From Methanobacteriota archaeon (lineage in GTDB: Archaea; Thermoplasmatota; Poseidoniia; Poseidoniales; Poseidoniaceae): a stretch of DNA of 64,000 nucleotides. Made by a program: the position numbers and the translations under genes. How positions within the stretch are numbered: the first letter of the stretch is position 1; each line of letters begins with the position of its first letter. Below, piece after piece: positions 10,262 through 21,600 of the stretch. Location of the stretch: NCBI GenBank assembly GCA_002722615.1, contig PBMQ01000037.1, positions 34,958-98,957 of the forward strand, written 5' to 3'. Below the pieces are notes generated by a model. The model did no database searches. It saw only the letters and a program-made list of their open reading frames with translations, and was not told the origin of the DNA.

Positions 10262-11283
10262 TGGCCATAACAACCACGATTGAGATGTCATTTTCATCTC
10301 ATACAGGGCAACTCATCCATCCTCGTTTGGGAGAAACTCTGGTATGGAAACAACACGAATTCCATACATGGTGGAATCTTTTTGAGTCAACAATGAATCA
10401 TCCTCTCAGTCGAACAATTGTGAATGCGTTTGTCGATACCCTAGAATTCAAAAACCTTCTTCGTCCCAAACGCGGTCTTTTTGGTGGTAAGAAATTCCAA
10501 TCGGAATTACATTCACTTTCAACAACACTTGGTTGGGGTGCTGTGAACTTGAAGTCACACCTTGTCATAAACAGTGCACACCCACTACTATCGGTTGCAT
10601 TTGCTCAATATGTGTTCGAAACTCTCGAGGAAAAAAGATTCAAAGTTCGCTGGACAGAACCCAGGTCACAGACAGTACAACTTGAATTGGATTTTTCTCA
10701 GCCTTTACCCTCGCCCTCACCTTTTGATCAGTTTCCATGGTCAAATGATTCACCCATTGAACACATGGATGATTCTGCAATCACTCTTGAATGCGGAGGT
10801 GGCCATGAACTTCGGATGGAGGGTGAGCGAGTCGTACTCATACCCACCGAGGCTTTTGAACGATTTCTGGTTGCGTGTTTACCATATACACCTGTTGAGA
10901 AATTTGACTGGTTTACCCATGACATAGAATCATTTGAGCCATTGGAGACGGTATTGCCGACAGTTATACACTCAGTTTCTACGATGTTTCTCAAGGGAGA
11001 GCGGCCGGTCTACATCATCGACCAATCAAGTTGGTCAGCATATTTTGGATCGTATCTAAATGAACGTGGTTGGGGTGATGTTGTACTTCTCGGTTACAAT
11101 TCCGAAACATTTGAACTCAATGCAACTATCAAACCGTGTTCTAGTGTGCCATTTACGCTTGGAATGATCTGTGGAATGTGGCAGCGAGCACACGGAAGGG
11201 CCTTTCAACTTCATCTAACAGAGAAGGATGATATTTTTCATTTGACAATCCAATCGCTCCTCGAATATCAAAACCATCCATAG
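10258..11283 (+). CDS. Hypothetical protein; the C-terminal part is weakly V4R-like
   Basis: 341-aa ORF tightly coupled to glyA (ATGTGATGG overlap). I recognise no strong motif. The C-terminal FTLGMICGMWQRAHGRAFQLHL is reminiscent of a V4R small-molecule-binding domain, but weakly. Confidence 0.45.
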   Translation: MMAITTTIEMSFSSHTGQLIHPRLGETLVWKQHEFHTWWNLFESTMNHPLSRTIVNAFVDTLEFKNLLRPKRGLFGGKKFQSELHSLSTTLGWGAVNLKSHLVINSAHPLLSVAFAQYVFETLEEKRFKVRWTEPRSQTVQLELDFSQPLPSPSPFDQFPWSNDSPIEHMDDSAITLECGGGHELRMEGERVVLIPTEAFERFLVACLPYTPVEKFDWFTHDIESFEPLETVLPTVIHSVSTMFLKGERPVYIIDQSSWSAYFGSYLNERGWGDVVLLGYNSETFELNATIKPCSSVPFTLGMICGMWQRAHGRAFQLHLTEKDDIFHLTIQSLLEYQNHP

Positions 11284-11381
11284 TTAGCCAATTTCATCGT
11301 ACAGACCTGAGCAAATTAGGTCAAGGTTCATAACCGAATCATGATGTCGAAAGAATAGTCAAGACGCGGAGGCTTCATTCT

Positions 11382-14300
11382 ATGTCACTTAATCACAACC
11401 AAATGGCTTATGCTGCAATTATTTCAACGTTGATTTTTGGTTCTCTATTCGTAGGAATCAGCGGGTTCTATCAGACCTCTTCTGGTGTTGGAGATTTCGA
11501 TAGTGCTGCTGAAGAAAACATCACACCAGACTTGGAAATAAGTTCAGGAGATGCCTTAGACAGTGATTATGATGGTCTTCCAGATGTTCTTGAAACATCC
11601 CAATATGGTACTGACCCAGAAGATCCGGACACAGATAATGACGGAATGAGCGATGGTTGGGAAGTAGACCACGGCCTGAATCCGCTCGATAACGGCGAAT
11701 CTGAGGAAGCTGAAGAAGAATCCGGTTCCACAAATACTGCAGATGACGCAGAGGTAAGCAACGAAAGTGACTCTTGGCCTGATCCTACACAAGGACGATA
11801 CGGCGACCCTGATAATGATGGTTTGACTAACGAACAGGAAGCTGAACTTGGTACTGACCCTCAACGTGCAGACACTGATAATGACGGACTCAATGACCGT
11901 TGGGAGTCTATGTACACAATGAATGTCTCCTCGCCTGACGGTACAGTTATGCTCTTCAATCCACTTTCCGGTAACTGGGATTGTACGCTCCTTAACGGAC
12001 CTCTCGAACAAACACTTTCTGATCTTCTCGAAGATTTTGAAGGCGCTCCAACATGGCAAGAACTTGAGAACCCATTGGGCAAGCACTCTTGCGACCAAGT
12101 CTTGGATTTCGATGATGATGGTCTTCTAAACTTCCAAGAAGAAGCCTACGGTACTAACCCTGCATCTCCAGATTCTGATGACGATATGTTGCCTGATATT
12201 CTCGAGGTCAACAGTGCAAACAAAGTTCTTGATTTCCAACTTGGATCCAATTGCGGTGAACCTGTTATTACCCCTCCTTCCCAACGTCTTCCCACTGAAG
12301 CACCGTTTGCCGATGAAGTGAGTGCATCTTGGTTTTTGTCTGACATGGATGGCGACGGTTTCCTCAATGGTCCAAGTGACTGGGACACCGATGGAGACGG
12401 AATGCCTGATGGATTTGAGTATTGTTTCTCATTCCAAAACAATCATCCACTCAATGTTGCTAACCCACAAAAAGCGTTCTCAGAACGTTTGGACCCTTCC
12501 AACGCATCAGATGGCTACAACGATTGGGACGAAGATGGATTGAATAATCTCGAAGAATATCAGGTTGCTCTGAAATTTGGATTGACAAACGGCTTGCCAT
12601 CTTTTACATCTCCATGGACTGAAGACACTGACCAAGACGGAATGCCCGATGGTTGGGAAGCGACTCAATACAACCGCACAACTCTTGAGTATCCTCTCAA
12701 CCCAAGAAATGCTAGCAACGCCAATGAGGATATCGATTTTGATGGATGGGATTCTGACGGAGACGGTGACGTCCTCTTCAACGAACTTGAACTCACCACC
12801 ACCGTAGTCGATATTTACGTTCAAATCGGAGATTACGTGACAGCCAATTCAACCGTTGCCCGGGGACAATACACCCTTGGCGGTGGAAATAAGCAGACCG
12901 TTTACCTTGTCGCTCCGGTTGATGGGTACGTATATCATATCAATGTGGCACCTGGCGATCAAGTTGATTCTCGACTGTTTGTTTGGATGAACGTTGTCGA
13001 AGAATCTGAGAGATTCACAAATCTCATGGAATATGAAGCACGACTTGATGATAACGGTAATGCATTTGGCCGATCAACAGACCCAACTCATGGAGACACC
13101 GACCGTGATGGTCTTCTGGATGGCATTGAAGTTGGAGGATGGGAAATTCTTGTTGTCAATCGTGGTGTTCAAGTGACATGGGTCGTATCTGACCCTGGAC
13201 TTGCAGACACAGACTCCGATGGGCTATCTGATTTTCTTGAATTCTCTTCCACTTGTGATGGCCAAGGATCCAACGCCTCCAATGTTGACACCGATGGTGA
13301 TGGTGAAAGCGATCAACAAGAAGTCATGCTCGGTTATGTCTTCAACGGAGAGCAATATTTTACATCGGCTTGTATGTTTGACACCGACAACGACGGATTA
13401 GAAGACGGAGAAGAAGTCATTGCAGGCGCAGACAACTTCGTGACGCATGCAAACAATTCCGATACAGACAATGACGGTCTTATCGATGGTAATGAGATTC
13501 TCTTTATCCCTCGCCCGTTCCAATATGAAACCAATCCACTCATCAATGATACAGATGGTGATGGTATGCTTGATGGCTGGGAAATGCAAGTTAAATCTAC
13601 GGAAGACAACACGAATTCCCATTCCCTTTGGGTTGCAATTTCCAATTGGGACCGACCTGGGTGTACTGAATCTCAGACCAACAGCTGTCTGATGGAACCC
13701 GGTGGTTACGTTTGGATTAACTGGCTTGGTGGATTTGAGTTGCAAAAGAAATACGAGGTATACGAAATGAACCTGTCAGGTTTTGATATGCCCGGTAACA
13801 CATTGTGTGATGGATGTAAGGGTCGGTGGGCTCTTGATCCATCCCTCAATTCTTTGAAGGATGATACCTATGACATCGATAACGACACACTTCCAAATGG
13901 AGCAGAGGCTCCAACAAACTGGAATACAAATCCTGTTGATGATGATACTGATGGAGATTTGCTGCCTGATGGATGGGAAGTTCAATATTCCTACGAAGCA
14001 ATCAACAACAACCTTGTTGATAATTCCACTATCAGTGCATACGGGGCACGTGGTGTTATGGATCCCTCTATGGCAGACAGCGACCTTGACGGAATCGATG
14101 ATGGTCAAGAAGATCCGGACAGTGACGGCCTCAACCGTACAGGCTTGATCAAGAAATACTGCCCCGGATACAACGATTCCACCAACGCAGAATGCAACAT
14201 CGATCCTGATACCCCTGATGGCTTAAAATTCTACAATAATCTCGAAAACTACACGAATTATGAAGAGTTGCAAAATGGAACCAACCCTGTTACTAACGAC

Positions 14301-14543
14301 ACAGATGGTGACGCTTGGGAAGACGGACCTGAAGTATACTACATGGATCATGATGACGACGGAATGGCAACCGGTTGGGAGTATCACTTCGAATTCGATC
14401 CGTTTGATGGAGCAGATCGCCTCGTCGATAGCGATGGCGATGGCCATACGAACTATTGTGAATTCAAGTGGGATACAAACCCCAGAAATCCAATCAGTTT
14501 CCCTGGTCAGGGTGAACTGTGCGATCCATTCGAAGGTCAGTGA
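11382..14543 (+). CDS. Secreted/anchored giant acidic protein with many thrombospondin type-3 (TSP3) Ca-binding repeats
   Basis: N-terminal TM/signal MAYAAIISTLIFGSLFVGISGF. Dozens of DxDxDGxxDxxE repeats (DTDNDGMSDGWE, DPDNDGLTNEQE, DTDNDGLNDRWE, DSDDDMLPDILE, DTDGDGMLDGWE ...). An internal barrel-sandwich-like insert lies at about 12780..13010. Confidence 0.8.
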   Translation: MSLNHNQMAYAAIISTLIFGSLFVGISGFYQTSSGVGDFDSAAEENITPDLEISSGDALDSDYDGLPDVLETSQYGTDPEDPDTDNDGMSDGWEVDHGLNPLDNGESEEAEEESGSTNTADDAEVSNESDSWPDPTQGRYGDPDNDGLTNEQEAELGTDPQRADTDNDGLNDRWESMYTMNVSSPDGTVMLFNPLSGNWDCTLLNGPLEQTLSDLLEDFEGAPTWQELENPLGKHSCDQVLDFDDDGLLNFQEEAYGTNPASPDSDDDMLPDILEVNSANKVLDFQLGSNCGEPVITPPSQRLPTEAPFADEVSASWFLSDMDGDGFLNGPSDWDTDGDGMPDGFEYCFSFQNNHPLNVANPQKAFSERLDPSNASDGYNDWDEDGLNNLEEYQVALKFGLTNGLPSFTSPWTEDTDQDGMPDGWEATQYNRTTLEYPLNPRNASNANEDIDFDGWDSDGDGDVLFNELELTTTVVDIYVQIGDYVTANSTVARGQYTLGGGNKQTVYLVAPVDGYVYHINVAPGDQVDSRLFVWMNVVEESERFTNLMEYEARLDDNGNAFGRSTDPTHGDTDRDGLLDGIEVGGWEILVVNRGVQVTWVVSDPGLADTDSDGLSDFLEFSSTCDGQGSNASNVDTDGDGESDQQEVMLGYVFNGEQYFTSACMFDTDNDGLEDGEEVIAGADNFVTHANNSDTDNDGLIDGNEILFIPRPFQYETNPLINDTDGDGMLDGWEMQVKSTEDNTNSHSLWVAISNWDRPGCTESQTNSCLMEPGGYVWINWLGGFELQKKYEVYEMNLSGFDMPGNTLCDGCKGRWALDPSLNSLKDDTYDIDNDTLPNGAEAPTNWNTNPVDDDTDGDLLPDGWEVQYSYEAINNNLVDNSTISAYGARGVMDPSMADSDLDGIDDGQEDPDSDGLNRTGLIKKYCPGYNDSTNAECNIDPDTPDGLKFYNNLENYTNYEELQNGTNPVTNDTDGDAWEDGPEVYYMDHDDDGMATGWEYHFEFDPFDGADRLVDSDGDGHTNYCEFKWDTNPRNPISFPGQGELCDPFEGQ

Positions 14544-14546
14544 CGT

Positions 14547-16079
14547 ATGTTGAACATGACAAAAACAGCGATTTCTCTGGTTTTGTGTCTGTTAATGTCT
14601 GTCCTTCCACCAACTACCATGGCCGATGGAAATATCGAACCTGAGGCACCCAATATTGAGTTCGACCAATCTGATGGTATAGTCATGGATTCTATCATTA
14701 ATCTCACAGGAACGTCAAATGTTCCGCTTACATCGATTGAGATAAGCATCTGGAATATCTCGATGCCAGACCAGTGGTCCTTGGTAACTTCTAGTCCATT
14801 TTTGGATATCGTAGTACCCTATTCTGATTCAGAATCAGATGAAACGATGTGGTCTTGGAGTCACGATTTTCAAGTTGGTGATTTGGAATGCACTTGTTAT
14901 GTCGAAGTATCTTTGATGGAGCAAACAGATCTAATCTCCTTTGGCTTAGTCGTCTACGTTGGAGACTCCTTTCATCGCCCAGTATTGACTCCAACAAATT
15001 CATTGGAATCGATGAATATTTATTCGATGGAAATTTTCAATACTGATGCAATTGTACTTTCGTATGATGTACTGCTCCCATTACAAGAAGGATTTTCTTC
15101 ACAATCCAATACAAATATTATGCCGAACATGCGTATCTGTCCTGCACCAAACGGTATTTGTACTGAAGAATATACAGCAATACTGGTAAATTCAACATTT
15201 TCTGAGAAACTGGAATTAAGCTTCAACATGGACGAGAACAGTATATTCGATGGGTATTACCTTCTTCAAGTTCAAGTCCAAGATGAATTACTCACGTTAT
15301 CCAACAATTTCACTCAGTATGTGTTGTTTGACAAAACCGAACCAAGTGTACAACTATCTGCGGTAGAACAGGTCAATGAATCTGAATCAATTGTAGTCGA
15401 TATTGATGTTGATGATGGTTATATCGGCTCAAGTTATGACATCACTTGGAGTATAACAGAACCAGACGGATTGCCGCGTTCTGTGCTGAGTTCTGAGATT
15501 CTAGTAGACAATCGGCTCGAATTTTCACCAACAAAATCAGGCCAATATCAGGTTAATGCGCTCGTTCGAGATACGGGAGGATTCCTTGTTGCTGTCAATC
15601 ACAATGTGAATGTAACCAATATCGAACCTTCGGCATCTGTTCGTTATGATGGATTTCTTATTGAAGACGGGACAGTTGTAACCGTTGCATCATTTTCAAA
15701 TTGGTTGTTTAGTGCAAATACCTCCACAGATAGTCAGAATGATGTTGATGGTCTGGAATATTTTTGGTATGTTGATGGAAAATCCTTACTTAGCGGACAA
15801 TCTTATCTTTCTTCTTCTGATGTTCAATCTTCTTCGTTCAAAAAAATACGAGTCGAAGTGGTTGATGATGATGGTTCATCATCGAATCTATCCTTTGAAG
15901 TTGTCCAACAAGCATCAGAAAGCGAGGAATCCATGGGGAATGCTGTATTGATGTCCTTGTTGGCCATGTTCTTTATTCTCTTTGTTGCAATGGTTGTAAT
16001 GTTAAAACAGCGAGTAAAATCTGACGTCAGTTCAGGATTTGTAAAATGGACTGAACGTAGCGACGGTCCGAAGAATTGA
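14547..16079 (+). CDS. Cell-surface protein with PKD-like domain(s) and a C-terminal TM anchor
   Basis: Starts 4 nt after the TSP3 gene. Has a signal peptide (ISLVLCLLMSVLPPTTMA). A PKD-like segment (YFWYVDGKSLLSGQS...RVEVVDDDGSSSNLSFEV) is present. A C-terminal anchor (AVLMSLLAMFFILFVAMVVMLKQR) is followed by a short basic tail. Confidence 0.65.
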   Translation: MLNMTKTAISLVLCLLMSVLPPTTMADGNIEPEAPNIEFDQSDGIVMDSIINLTGTSNVPLTSIEISIWNISMPDQWSLVTSSPFLDIVVPYSDSESDETMWSWSHDFQVGDLECTCYVEVSLMEQTDLISFGLVVYVGDSFHRPVLTPTNSLESMNIYSMEIFNTDAIVLSYDVLLPLQEGFSSQSNTNIMPNMRICPAPNGICTEEYTAILVNSTFSEKLELSFNMDENSIFDGYYLLQVQVQDELLTLSNNFTQYVLFDKTEPSVQLSAVEQVNESESIVVDIDVDDGYIGSSYDITWSITEPDGLPRSVLSSEILVDNRLEFSPTKSGQYQVNALVRDTGGFLVAVNHNVNVTNIEPSASVRYDGFLIEDGTVVTVASFSNWLFSANTSTDSQNDVDGLEYFWYVDGKSLLSGQSYLSSSDVQSSSFKKIRVEVVDDDGSSSNLSFEVVQQASESEESMGNAVLMSLLAMFFILFVAMVVMLKQRVKSDVSSGFVKWTERSDGPKN

Positions 16080-16106
16080 TTAAAAAACTGTGAGGGTTGG
16101 AATAGG

Positions 16107-17486
16107 TTGGTGAGCACTATGTTTGAGGAAGCTTTCAACTCGTTGCCGGATAAACCCCTGGCTATTCCAAAGGAATCTTATCGTGAGCGACAGACGCGAC
16201 TGTTGTCACAATTTGATGTAGACGATTTGGTAATAGTTTCCTCCCTCCCCGAGGCTACGCGAAGTAATGATGTTCATTATCCTTACAGATCATCCAGTGA
16301 TATGCTCTACATGTGTGGTTGGAGCGATCCCGAATCTACTTTAGTGTTCTATCATGAAGATGGTCAGTGGATTGCTCACTTGTTTGTTCAGCCCAAAGAT
16401 ACATTGATGGAAATTTGGGAGGGTCGTCGACCTGGTGTTGAAGGAGCTCTTCGTGATTGGGCAGTTGATCGTGCGAGTCCATCCCATGAATTATCTAGAC
16501 ATTTACATGAATTCCTAGAGAAAGCAGTTAGGGTTCACTTGCGGACAGGTATCAATCCTAGCATCGATTCAATTGTGGTAAGTGCGGTTGAGAAACGTGA
16601 TAGGAAGAGACAACACTTCGGAACTGGACCCATAAGTGTCGAAGATCCCAGCCGCCGAATAGCTGAAATGCGTCTGCGAAAGTCTGAGCAAGAGATTGAC
16701 CAGATGCGCTACGCTGCTGATGTTTCCTCAAAAGCACACGAACTGGCTATGGCTGCAAGCAAAGATGGAATCCATGAGTTCCAGATACAATCCATTATTG
16801 AAGGCTTTTTTGTTTACGGAGGAACCAGTGGTTGGGCATATCCATCCATCGTAGGGTGTGGTGAAAATGCTACTATTCTCCATTATACAGTCAACAATTC
16901 TCCTTGCAAATCAGATGAAATCATTCTCATCGATGCTGGTGCAGAGTATAATGGATATGCGGCTGATATTACACGTTCTTGGCCAATTGGGGGAACATTT
17001 AGCGATGCCCAAAAGGAAATTTATGAAATTGTTCTCGATGCTCAAGAGAAAGCAATTGATGCATGCCGTGTTGGAAATCCATACAACATGCCTCATGAAG
17101 TTGCATGCAAAGCTCTCGCTGAAGGTCTAATTCGATTGGGAATCATCACTCAGTCTTTGGATGAAGCGTTGGACTTCGAATCTGGCGATCTTCGTAAATG
17201 GTACATGCACAACACAGGGCATTGGCTTGGTCTCGACGTTCATGATGTTGGAACGTACAAACCCGATGGCACACCTCGACTTCTAGAAGCAGGAATGGTC
17301 CTTACCGTAGAGCCTGGATTGTATTTTGGTGCCTGGCGTCCTGACGTTGACTGTCCCGAGCGGTATGCCAACATTGGAATCAGAATTGAAGACGACGTCC
17401 TTGTAACAAATGGAGACCCTGATGTCTTGACAGATTGGTGTCCAAAAACAATTGATGATATTGAACGGATTGTTGGTTCCCTCTGA
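16107..17486 (+). CDS. pepP: Xaa-Pro aminopeptidase (M24B)
   Basis: LIDAGAEYNGYAADITRSWPIGG, HNTGHWLGLDVHDVG, LTVEPGLYF and GIRIEDDVLVT are the metal-ligand motifs of the M24B pita-bread fold. Confidence 0.85.
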   Translation: MVSTMFEEAFNSLPDKPLAIPKESYRERQTRLLSQFDVDDLVIVSSLPEATRSNDVHYPYRSSSDMLYMCGWSDPESTLVFYHEDGQWIAHLFVQPKDTLMEIWEGRRPGVEGALRDWAVDRASPSHELSRHLHEFLEKAVRVHLRTGINPSIDSIVVSAVEKRDRKRQHFGTGPISVEDPSRRIAEMRLRKSEQEIDQMRYAADVSSKAHELAMAASKDGIHEFQIQSIIEGFFVYGGTSGWAYPSIVGCGENATILHYTVNNSPCKSDEIILIDAGAEYNGYAADITRSWPIGGTFSDAQKEIYEIVLDAQEKAIDACRVGNPYNMPHEVACKALAEGLIRLGIITQSLDEALDFESGDLRKWYMHNTGHWLGLDVHDVGTYKPDGTPRLLEAGMVLTVEPGLYFGAWRPDVDCPERYANIGIRIEDDVLVTNGDPDVLTDWCPKTIDDIERIVGSL

Positions 17487-17495
17487 GGTGGCCTT

Positions 17496-18680
17496 ATGGC
17501 TTGGAATTCTATACTCCAGAGTGTTTTATCTTCTGACCGTGTTTTTCGATTATCCGTTGCCGATTGTGTAGAACTGTACAATGAAGCTCCTTTGCATCAA
17601 TTAATGGATGCGGCACATCATCGCAGACTGCAACATAATCCTAACAATGAAGTCACTTATCTTGTCGATCGTAACATCAATTACACAAATGTCTGCACAA
17701 TTAATTGTCAATTTTGTTCCTTCTATCGTCCACCTGGTCATGAGGAAACATACACACAATCGTATGATGAAATACATTCAAGAATCAAGGAACTAGAGGC
17801 GATTGGTGGTTCACGAATACTCATGCAAGGTGGAGTGAACCCTTCGCTAGATTTTGATTGGTATCTTAACCTCATTAGTGAGTTGAAGGATCAACATCCC
17901 ACAATTGACTTGGATTGTTTTTCACCCATCGAGATCGAAGGCATTGCTGAGGTAACTGAACTGACAACACAAGAAGTTCTGAGTCAACTCAAGGATGCTG
18001 GAATGCACGGACTTCCCGGCGGAGGTGCGGAGATGCTCGTCGAAACCGTACGAAAGGATGTCTCTCCCAAAAAAGGACATCCTGATAATTGGTTGCGTGT
18101 AATGAAAGAAGCACAATTGCTTGGACTAACTACCAGTGCAACCAATGTTATTGGCTTTGGAGAAACAAATTCAGACAGAGTACAACATCTTCATAGAATT
18201 CGTGAACAGCAAGATGAAATTCTCTCAAATGGACTCACTGGATTTACATCCTTTATCGCTTGGCCAGTACAGCTTGAATCCAATACATTTGGCAAGAGAA
18301 ATAGAGGACAAAATCGATTTGAGCGTGGTGCAGGATCTACGGAATATCTCAGACATGTAGCAATTTCGAGATTGTTCCTTGACAATGTCCCTCACATTCA
18401 AGCATCCTGGCCAACCATGGGAATGGGAATTGCACAAATGGCCCTTCTGGCCGGAGCAGACGATGCAGGTTCAACTATGATGGAAGAGAATGTTGTCTCT
18501 GCATCAGGTACAACAAAATTCAGTGCAACCGAATACGAATTACAACTATCAATCCGCAGGTCAGGATTCGTTCCTGTTCGAAGGGACAGTGATTACAATC
18601 AATTGGAGACCCCTAGCGCTCTTGACGATGCTCCGGAAGTAGCATGTCAGCCACCGCATCAAGCGGTTGAATTGGTATAG
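17496..18680 (+). CDS. Radical-SAM enzyme of the MqnC/MqnE family (futalosine-pathway menaquinone biosynthesis-like)
   Basis: NINYTNVCTINCQFCSFYR is a CxxxCxxC cluster in the MqnE/MqnC-type context (NINYTN...C..C.FCAFYR). The downstream GG(V)NP and TIM-barrel motifs follow. I cannot separate MqnC/MqnE from CofH from sequence alone. Confidence 0.65.
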   Translation: MAWNSILQSVLSSDRVFRLSVADCVELYNEAPLHQLMDAAHHRRLQHNPNNEVTYLVDRNINYTNVCTINCQFCSFYRPPGHEETYTQSYDEIHSRIKELEAIGGSRILMQGGVNPSLDFDWYLNLISELKDQHPTIDLDCFSPIEIEGIAEVTELTTQEVLSQLKDAGMHGLPGGGAEMLVETVRKDVSPKKGHPDNWLRVMKEAQLLGLTTSATNVIGFGETNSDRVQHLHRIREQQDEILSNGLTGFTSFIAWPVQLESNTFGKRNRGQNRFERGAGSTEYLRHVAISRLFLDNVPHIQASWPTMGMGIAQMALLAGADDAGSTMMEENVVSASGTTKFSATEYELQLSIRRSGFVPVRRDSDYNQLETPSALDDAPEVACQPPHQAVELV

Positions 18681-21600
18681 AATACTACCCAAATCTCTGC
18701 AACGATGTTGCGACCACCTTTGCTTGATTCCCCCGTTGGATTATACTCCTGACCGTTGTACAAACCTCGATACGTGAGTTCATTCGTCTGGCCGTTCATA
18801 TCAACCCATGATGTGATGTCGAGGCTCCATTGCTTGACATCTTGTCCTGCGCACCAACCTGCCCTCCCGAATGGCCATGAACCATATTGGTTGGCTACGA
18901 CGCCATTGCTCACTTCGTTTTCACAACCCGTATTTGAGTAAACAATTGGATGCCATTCATATGCATGATGAGAATCAATGTAGTAATGATGTTGATGATC
19001 ACAAAACTCAGCGCAATTTGCATCATCTTGTTGGAAACCATGACCTGTGATGGTTGCAACAATTTCAACACGGGTAGTTTCGGTTGGAACTGTGAAGTTT
19101 AGGCTCCGAACATATCGACTCTCATTATTGTATGATCCATCAAATTGACCTCCAGTGAACCCAAATTCAGCATCAAATGCACGTTCACCACTACCCCAAT
19201 TTGAGAATAAGAATTTGATTGTCATATCCCCTTTATTCGCCCCTTTATATCGAAATCTTCGTTCTTGGTCATCATCTAACATGAACAGATACGGGCTGAT
19301 GTCTGTGAGCCACCTACCTTCACGGCCATAGGTTGTAATCCATCGCATGAATTCAGTTCCACAAGAGGAAGAATTGTCGTCATCACAAATGTAGAGGTGT
19401 GCCAGATAATCCCATTCATGGCATCCGCCGTAACTTCCATCACTTTTCTGATAGCGATTCTTTCTCTCGTCGCAAGCATGTTCGTGGAATACTTCGAGTG
19501 TATCGTAGGAACTCAAATTATCTGGTAACGTAAATGTAGCATTCCGGTAGGAATTGTGATTCGCACCCCAGCCACCTGCATGTCGTTCAAAATCATACAA
19601 GGTAACGACATCTATCCCAGGATCTTGCATTCGAATTTCAGGTTCAAATTCAGCATTCCATTGATGTGGCTCGTAGGTGTAATGGAATGGATCATTTGTT
19701 TGTGAGATCCATGCGTATATCGAACCAGTATCTCTTGCACGTTGAAACCGATCAATACCCATAAAGAATGGGCTATTGAAATTTGAAATCATTTCACCAA
19801 GTCCTCCTTGAATATTACTTGCATCCATGTCAATATAGTGGATACGTCCATCCCATTTTTCTTCCTCGCTGGGATTTAATTTCGATTCGACATCACTCTT
19901 TCGAGAGAGTACATCACTGTGATACGTTGAATCAAAGGAACCATAAAAGAGATGAGTATTTTCTGGTAAATTACGAATAAATGTCCCTGGATTTGTTGCC
20001 CAAGTTCCTGAATTCGAGTTTCCACTGCTATCGGTATACTTGAACATGAAAAGATATACATCGGTTCCAGTCCACCTGTTCTGGAACGTAAAGGTACCAT
20101 CAAGTGTGGGTACTGTAAATGTCGGAACCACATCCATCGGCCCATTCACAGAAGCCCCAGGAGCCCACTGAACTGGTTTTTGAACAATCGCACAACCATC
20201 TGAATCGATTGTCCAATGTGTTGGACTGTCTGCACAAATATCGACATTTGCGAATACTCCATCACCATCAAGATCAGCACAGCCAGCAGTATTCACTTGT
20301 AGCCCGGTAGGTGTTCCTTCACATTGATCAATTAAGTCATTGACTCCATCTGCATCGGAATCACGTTCAATCGCGGCACAACCGAATTCATCCACATCCG
20401 TAGCTCCTAGGGGTGTTTTGGGACATAAGTCCAAAGTTGCACCTGTTGCATTAACGTCGTCGACGTTATCGTTATCGTCATCAGCATCTTCAGTGGAATC
20501 AAAGCAACCATCCATATCAAAATCAGTCATTTCATTACGGTCTATCATCCAATTTGAACGACCCTTTGGGCAAAGGTCTGATGTATCAAGTTCTCCATCA
20601 TTATCATCATCATCATCTTCGAGTAAATCATTGCAACCGTCTTGATCCCAATCGTTGTATAGGTTTGCTGGCCAATTAATCTCACCATCGTAACATGCAT
20701 CATTGACGTCGAGAATACCGTCTCCATCATCATCAGAATCTTCAGTTACATCATTGCATCCATCACGATCGCGATCGTTTTCTGCAGTACTTATCCATCC
20801 AATGGTCGATGTGCATCCATCCTCGAAATCCAATATACCATCATTGTCATCATCGAGATCCTCGTCGTAGTCCCTACATCCATCTTGATCAGCATCACTG
20901 GCACTACTTGATGCCCAACCATCATTCTCCCCCAGACCACTTGGACAGTTGTCGAACTGGTCATCGATTCCATCTCCGTCAGCGTCATTATTCACTTCGA
21001 TAAGAATCGTTGTGTTGCGAAACTCCTCCAATGTCGAGAATACTCCACACTTTGCTTCAGCATGAACCATGAATGATTCAGTACGCAAATCCAATTCAGA
21101 AAGGATAAACGAAAAGGATCCGTCATCTTGCAATGACATCGCAAAAGTATCCATAGACGCACCCTCGCCGGGGATTGTCAGAACAACGTTACATGATTCA
21201 ATAGACTGATGCAGGACTTGTCCTTGAAAGACCATCACGGAGGATTCTGCAACGAGATATTGTGGTATAATGAGAGAGATGCCCCCTTCATCTGGAACAG
21301 GGACCTCAACTGAATTGGTCATGACAATCGAATCTCCTTCTGATGGTGTAATTGTTATCTCAAAATTGTATTCTCCTGGCGAATCTGGCAATAAAACGAC
21401 AGAGATGTATGTTGGCTTCTTGTTTACAGACCAACTACTCGCATCGATACTTTGGCCTTCTCTTGTAACGAGAGTCTCAATTTCATAACTCCCTTCGCCT
21501 GTCGTTACGAGAAGAATTGCCAACTCTGAGATTTCGTCGATTTCTCCTATTATTGCTTCTTCATTCCATGAAGCTTGGATGCTGTAAGGTACAGGAGCAC

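Noticed and set aside
11521-14553. Many 60-180-aa ORFs on both strands within the TSP3 giant gene (e.g. 11556..12098 -)
   Set aside because: The repetitive GAY-rich coding sequence generates long open frames in alternative frames. Only the +1 frame carries the DxDxDG repeats and the signal peptide.
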